Shown: piece by piece, positions 12,568 to 16,519 of the stretch
Position numbering within the stretch: the stretch's first letter is position 1
Layout: each line of letters starts with the position of its first letter
Virus record (IMG/VR): IMGVR_UViG_3300028298_000002
Reading direction: 5' to 3' (one strand)
Length of the DNA: 16,519 nt
Source of the DNA: a virus
Lineage: Duplodnaviria > Heunggongvirae > Uroviricota > Caudoviricetes
Notes under the pieces: model-generated
The model's database searches: none
Seen by the model: the letters and a program-made list of their open reading frames with translations, nothing else
What the model was told of the DNA's origin: nothing
Program-made: the position numbers and the translations under genes

Positions 12568-13722
12568 CTAAAGGCAAGTGGCTTCGGAAGTCATCACTCC
12601 AACTAATGTTGGCAGTTCGTTCCGATTTTTAAGTCTGCGTTCCACAGACAAATAGTTTTTTAAAGCAAAATTTTTAATATTTATGGCAGCATTTTTATCA
12701 CGATTAAGTACAGAACCACAACCACAAGTCCATTCACGGTCTTTGAGTGCTAGTTCTTTATTTATCGTTCCACAATCAGAACAAGTTTTTGAAGAGGGTT
12801 CAAATCGACCTATCTTCAAAATGTTCTTGCCATACCATTCTGCTTTGTATTCTAACATTGTAACAAAGGAAGCCCAGCTGACATCACCGATTGCTCCAGC
12901 GAGTTTATGGTTAGCCATCATTCCTTTGATATTTAAGTCTTCAATCGCGATACTATCGTGGTTCTTGATTAGTATGGTTGAAGTTTTATTTAAAAAATCT
13001 TTACGTTGGTTTGCTACCTTTTCGTGTAGTGTAGCCAACCTATGTTTTGTTCGCTTACCTTTGTTCTTTGAATATTTACGTTACACGTATTTTAATTTGC
13101 TTTGTGCTTTACGTAAAAATTTAGGGTTGTCAAACTCGGCACCATCAGACGTTACAAGAAATGTTTTAATTCCGAGATCAATGCCAATGGTTGTTTTTTC
13201 TTTGACTGGTTTTTTAGTTGGTATGGCAACATTGGTTTCACAAAGTATAGAAACAAAATACTTTCCAGTTGGTGTTCTGCTAATGGTAGCTTGTCTTATG
13301 TCGCCTTTGATTGGACGATGTAAGTTGATTGAAATTCCTTTTTTAAATTTTGGAATGATTAGTTTTCCGTTTTCAATTTCAATACTTTGTGGAACACTGA
13401 AAGATTGCCTTGCGGATTTCTTCTTGAAATTAGGAAAATCATTTTGGCCTTTAAAAAATGCTGTAAAGGATTTATCTAAATTGACGATCGCTTGTTGCAA
13501 AGATTGGCTATTAACTTCTTTCAACCAATCGCATTCGGTTTTAAGTGCTGGAAGTTGTTTAATTAAATCGAAACAACTTAGATTAACTTTATTACCAGCA
13601 TACGCCATTTGCTTTGTTTCTAATGCAAGATTATACACAAAGCGACACGAACCAATATGTTTATTGATTAGCACCTTTTGTGCCTTTGTTGGCGATATCC
13701 GATATTTAAAAGCCTTTAACAT
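12568..13722 (-). pseudogene. tnpB: TnpB RNA-guided nuclease interrupted by one in-frame TAA
   Basis: MLKAFKYRI HTH, GIDLG (RuvC-I), IAIEDL (RuvC-II), CSDCG..CGCG Zn finger, NRDKNAAINI (RuvC-III). The two track ORFs share a frame (1155 nt) and are separated by KYV*RKYSK at 13081-13083. Confidence 0.9.
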
Positions 13723-13727
13723 TAATA

Positions 13728-13757
13728 CAAATATACAAAATTATACAAAAAAACAAA
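13728..13757 (-). promoter_or_regulatory. Bacteroidota-type promoter for tnpB
   Basis: TTTG-N18-TATATTTG, 5 nt before the ATG. Confidence 0.65.
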
Positions 13758-13780
13758 TTTATTTAAAATATTAAACTAAT

Positions 13781-14830
13781 ATGCAAAAAGACTTATTTTT
13801 TAAAGAAGGTTCGAGCAACAAGGAATATCATGTCCAAATAGTTCCAGCTGAAGACCACAGATTTTACGTGAATTTTCAATATGGCCGCGTGGGCTCTACG
13901 CTTCAAACTGGCACTAAAACGCCAACATCTGTTTTACAAGCAGAAGCTGAAAAAATCTTCATCAAGTTGTGTAACGAAAAAATCCGTAAAGGATATGTTG
14001 AAGGACCAAGTAGTGGCGGTTCTATCCCAAGTGGAAGTTTTGCTAAGTCGGTGGAAGTTGTTTTCGCACCTCAGCTGTTAAATGAAATCGAAGATCCGCA
14101 ATTTTATATTGATAGCGATGAATGGGTTCTAGAAGAGAAAATGGATGGAGAGCGCAGACCGGTAATTTCTGGGCAAGTAACACATGTCGGCATTAATAAA
14201 AAAGGACAAGCAGTTAGTATCTCAAATGCTATTGTTGATTCACTTCCAGAAGATACAACCATCACCATTGATGGGGAAATCATTGGCGAAACGCTGTATG
14301 CTTTTGATGTTGTTGAATTAGGTGGCGATGACTTGTCTAAACTCCCTTTGGTTGATCGCCTTACTATTCTCGAAAGAATCCTTTTTGGAAAACAGATTGT
14401 GGTTGTTCCAACAGCTTATACCCGCGAAGAAAAACAAGCGATGTTTGACCGCATCAAAGCGGAAAATGGCGAAGGTGTTGTTTTCAAAAAGTGGAACGCA
14501 CCATATACGCCAGGGCGACCAAATAGTGGTGGCAATGCATTGAAATTTAAGTTCCACAAGACAGCTACTTTCATCGTAGTTGGATCCACGCCAGGCAAAA
14601 GAAGTGTTGGGTTAGAAATGATTGATTCATCGGGTGGTCGTCAATTTATGGGCAAAGTAACCATTCCAGCGAACAAAGAAATTCCAGTAACTGGCGATTT
14701 AGTTGAGGTGCGTTATCTGTATGCCTTTAAAGGAGATGGTAAAATTTTCCAACCGGTTTACTTGGACAAAAGAACGGATGCGGATTTAAGCGATTGCGGA
14801 ACGAAACAATTAATTTTTAAAAAGGATTAA
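13781..14830 (+). CDS. ATP-dependent DNA ligase with an N-terminal WGR domain
   Basis: N-terminal SSNKEY...QYGRVG...KL.NEK.RKGY (WGR); EEKMDGER (motif I KxDG), IDGE, YAFDV and EGVVFK motifs; C-terminal OB fold with EVRY. Confidence 0.88.
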   Translation: MQKDLFFKEGSSNKEYHVQIVPAEDHRFYVNFQYGRVGSTLQTGTKTPTSVLQAEAEKIFIKLCNEKIRKGYVEGPSSGGSIPSGSFAKSVEVVFAPQLLNEIEDPQFYIDSDEWVLEEKMDGERRPVISGQVTHVGINKKGQAVSISNAIVDSLPEDTTITIDGEIIGETLYAFDVVELGGDDLSKLPLVDRLTILERILFGKQIVVVPTAYTREEKQAMFDRIKAENGEGVVFKKWNAPYTPGRPNSGGNALKFKFHKTATFIVVGSTPGKRSVGLEMIDSSGGRQFMGKVTIPANKEIPVTGDLVEVRYLYAFKGDGKIFQPVYLDKRTDADLSDCGTKQLIFKKD

Positions 14831-14831
14831 A

Positions 14832-15266
14832 ATGGGAACTAAAAAAAACAAAGTAAAACTAACCGATGTAATTCATTTATATGTCGGACAAAGAATTATT
14901 TCTTACATAGGAAAGTTTTCTGAAAGCGATGTGATAAAAGGTACTGTTGGTTCGATAGTAGTACTAAAAATCAATAATAACGGGGAAATACAAGATAGCT
15001 TAGACCTTTCTTATAAATTCACAAAAGGGTGTGAACCCAAATTAATGTTGCGCCCTATGTCAGATTTGACAAAAGAAGAATTAATTAAACAAGGCTTTTC
15101 TTCTCACATTGATTGGCTAACACACGAAAAAGGAGATCCTATGAGAGCGCCATATAAAATGGTATCATACTGCATCAAGCAGGGGTTCGATGTTTTTGGA
15201 TTGATCAAGTCTGGTCAGGCATTGGATGTAAAAAAAACGGGTAATTTTAATTCACTATCACTATGA
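14832..15266 (+). CDS. Hypothetical phage protein
   Basis: KLMLRPMSDLTKEE...FDVFGLI pattern, which I recall from Bacteroidota phage proteins (not database-checked). Confidence 0.75.
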   Translation: MGTKKNKVKLTDVIHLYVGQRIISYIGKFSESDVIKGTVGSIVVLKINNNGEIQDSLDLSYKFTKGCEPKLMLRPMSDLTKEELIKQGFSSHIDWLTHEKGDPMRAPYKMVSYCIKQGFDVFGLIKSGQALDVKKTGNFNSLSL

Positions 15267-15640
15267 GTTGCCCTAATTGTAAAGACTTCCACCACTTGTG
15301 CAAAGGCGGTTGTTGTGGACCGGTTCCAATCGACAAAGATATTTGGGAAAGGAATCAGGATAAAATTCAGACCACGCCAATTGAAGTGATGGAATTTGAT
15401 GGTGCTGTTTTACCGCTGACCGATAGCCAGAAGTGTCCGTTTTTGAATGCAGAATTAGGTTGTTCAATTTACGCTGAAAGACCAGAAGTTTGTAGGTTAT
15501 TTGGAAATGAAACGCATATCAATTTGACATGTTCTTATCAAAAGGCGGATGGTTCAGCAAGAAGTTTTCACGAAAGAAAAAAGTTACAAAAAAAGCAAGA
15601 CGAAGCATTAGAAAAATTTAGAAAACAACACAGAAAATGA
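15263..15640 (+). CDS. YkgJ-family (CxxCxxCC) putative Fe-S/Zn cysteine-cluster protein
   Basis: C..C...CKGGCCG...CPFL....CSIY.ERPEVCRLFG. Confidence 0.82.
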   Translation: MSCPNCKDFHHLCKGGCCGPVPIDKDIWERNQDKIQTTPIEVMEFDGAVLPLTDSQKCPFLNAELGCSIYAERPEVCRLFGNETHINLTCSYQKADGSARSFHERKKLQKKQDEALEKFRKQHRK

Positions 15641-15858
15641 AAAAAATATTCTTAATAAAACACACAAGTTGCTATGCAATTTGTACGCAGATTGAACAAT
15701 ATCGCTTTGACGAAAATCCATTATTCCGCTACCATAACCACATAATGGTGAATCGTGCAGTAACGCGAAAAGAAGCAGAAACGCTACTTGAATTAGTTCG
15801 TCCGAATGGCAATGGGGATTTATGTGGCGGTGCAACATTAGAAACAATTGAATTATGA
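15637..15858 (+). CDS. Hypothetical protein
   Basis: ATGA overlaps on both sides. Confidence 0.65.
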   Translation: MKKIFLIKHTSCYAICTQIEQYRFDENPLFRYHNHIMVNRAVTRKEAETLLELVRPNGNGDLCGGATLETIEL

Positions 15859-15950
15859 AAAACGACAACAAAGAAACTTTTTTGATAGTAACAATCTGCT
15901 TGTTATTCGCAGCAATACTATGGACGATTGATATTTTAATGAGCCTATGA
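15855..15950 (+). CDS. Small membrane peptide (31 aa)
   Basis: [31 protein letters not shown]; ATGA-coupled. Confidence 0.55.
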   Translation: MKNDNKETFLIVTICLLFAAILWTIDILMSL

Positions 15951-16117
15951 AAAAGGAAAAAACACTTGTATTTATTGGAGCTGTATTGGTTCTAGTATCT
16001 ATTGCTTTAGGGGCTGGATTGCTTATCCCTGCTTTGAAGCCAATTTATATTTGGCCTTACAATCTTCCACTAGCAGGATTGGGCGGATTTATCATTGGAA
16101 AAAATAAATTTTGGTAA
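15947..16117 (+). CDS. Small two-TM membrane protein (56 aa)
   Basis: [28 protein letters not shown]...[17 protein letters not shown]; coupled overlaps. Confidence 0.6.
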   Translation: MKKEKTLVFIGAVLVLVSIALGAGLLIPALKPIYIWPYNLPLAGLGGFIIGKNKFW

Positions 16118-16519
16118 TGAACTACGAAATCATCAAAAACAAAGAAATCTTCATTGATTTCATTCAAAACTGGCTTCCAGAAACAACAATGGAAGAAACG
16201 TATTATTGCTGTTTATTTGCAAGATCTAAATATTCTGGGGACGTTGTTCACATTGCATCAGATAAACAACAGCTGAAGCGATTTACGGCTAACAAAAGCA
16301 ATCTTTACGATAAAGTGAAACAGCTGGAATGTGAAACTGGTTCTTACAAGCAAAAAGCTGGTGGACCTATTCCGCAAGAAGCATTGGCACTTTATATTAA
16401 TCCGAATCCACGAAGTTTGGTGAAGGCAGCAAAAGCTAGTTTGATTAGGTTCGCACATTTGATTACCGAACAATACAGTTCTAATCAGTATAATCCGCAC
16501 CAGGAGGTTATGTCTGAAA
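16117..16519 (+). CDS. Hypothetical protein (partial, runs off the window)
   Basis: TAATG overlap; open frame [12 protein letters not shown]...[11 protein letters not shown]...LYINPNPRS... to the window end. Confidence 0.7.
   Translation, partial: MNYEIIKNKEIFIDFIQNWLPETTMEETYYCCLFARSKYSGDVVHIASDKQQLKRFTANKSNLYDKVKQLECETGSYKQKAGGPIPQEALALYINPNPRSLVKAAKASLIRFAHLITEQYSSNQYNPHQEVMSE

Larger units (their letters stand above)
12553..13770 (-). mobile_element. IS200/IS605-family tnpB-only (IS1341-like) element
   Basis: Right end GAAGCCAC...TTTAGGCTGTGGTAGCTCAC; left boundary next to a TTTAA motif (13775-13771, alternatively 13767-13763); no tnpA. Confidence 0.82.
1..16519. mobile_element. Segment of a large Bacteroidota phage/prophage (accessory genes plus tRNA cluster)
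   Basis: Tightly packed short ORFs with ATGA/TAATG overlaps; phage-typical families (Lar, DUF3127, VRR-NUC, T5orf172, WGR-ligase); 24-tRNA array; Bacteroidota-type promoters. No structural genes lie in the window, so an ICE or megaplasmid is not excluded. Confidence 0.75.

Noticed and set aside
13038-13083. Programmed frameshift in tnpB
   Set aside because: Both ORF parts share one frame; the break is a single in-frame TAA.
12683-13774. 363-aa plus-strand ORF
   Set aside because: Antisense shadow of tnpB.
558-16500. Other minus-strand and alternative-frame short ORFs (558, 1872, 3492, 10197, 11668, 12349, 13881, 14318, 14322, 14416, 15273, 15608, 16258)
   Set aside because: They lie antisense to, or nested in, better-supported genes.

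Overview
AT-rich segment that looks like part of a large Bacteroidota (Flavobacteriia-like) phage or prophage. The basis is TTG-N18-21-TAnnTTTG promoters, AT-rich starts without Shine-Dalgarno sites, and Lar, DUF3127, VRR-NUC, T5orf172/GIY-YIG and WGR-DNA-ligase genes. The centre (4334-8005, minus strand) holds 24 tRNA genes that cover all 20 amino acids and are split into three cassettes: {Leu,Leu,Tyr,Ser,Ser,His}, {15 tRNAs for 13 amino acids} and {Pro,Phe,Gln}. Each cassette is preceded by the same architecture: promoter, short leader ORF, antiterminator segment, intrinsic terminator. Each leader peptide is built from codons read by its own downstream tRNAs (MKN-LSLHSYLSLY..., MKNKT-QFQPQFF..., and a 39-aa leader with 36/39 residues from the 13-amino-acid set). 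This suggests an apparently undescribed tRNA-pool-sensing attenuation system that switches on replacement tRNAs when the matching host tRNAs are depleted; the mechanism is inferred, not demonstrated. Several tRNAs are non-canonical: covarying 19-56 elbow pairs, an 8/4 tRNA-Gly, a T-armless tRNA-Cys, a long-arm Thr and a short-arm Tyr. The window also contains a tnpB-only IS200/IS605 element with one nonsense mutation and a repeat-rich putative origin region. All calls were made by eye, with no database searches.
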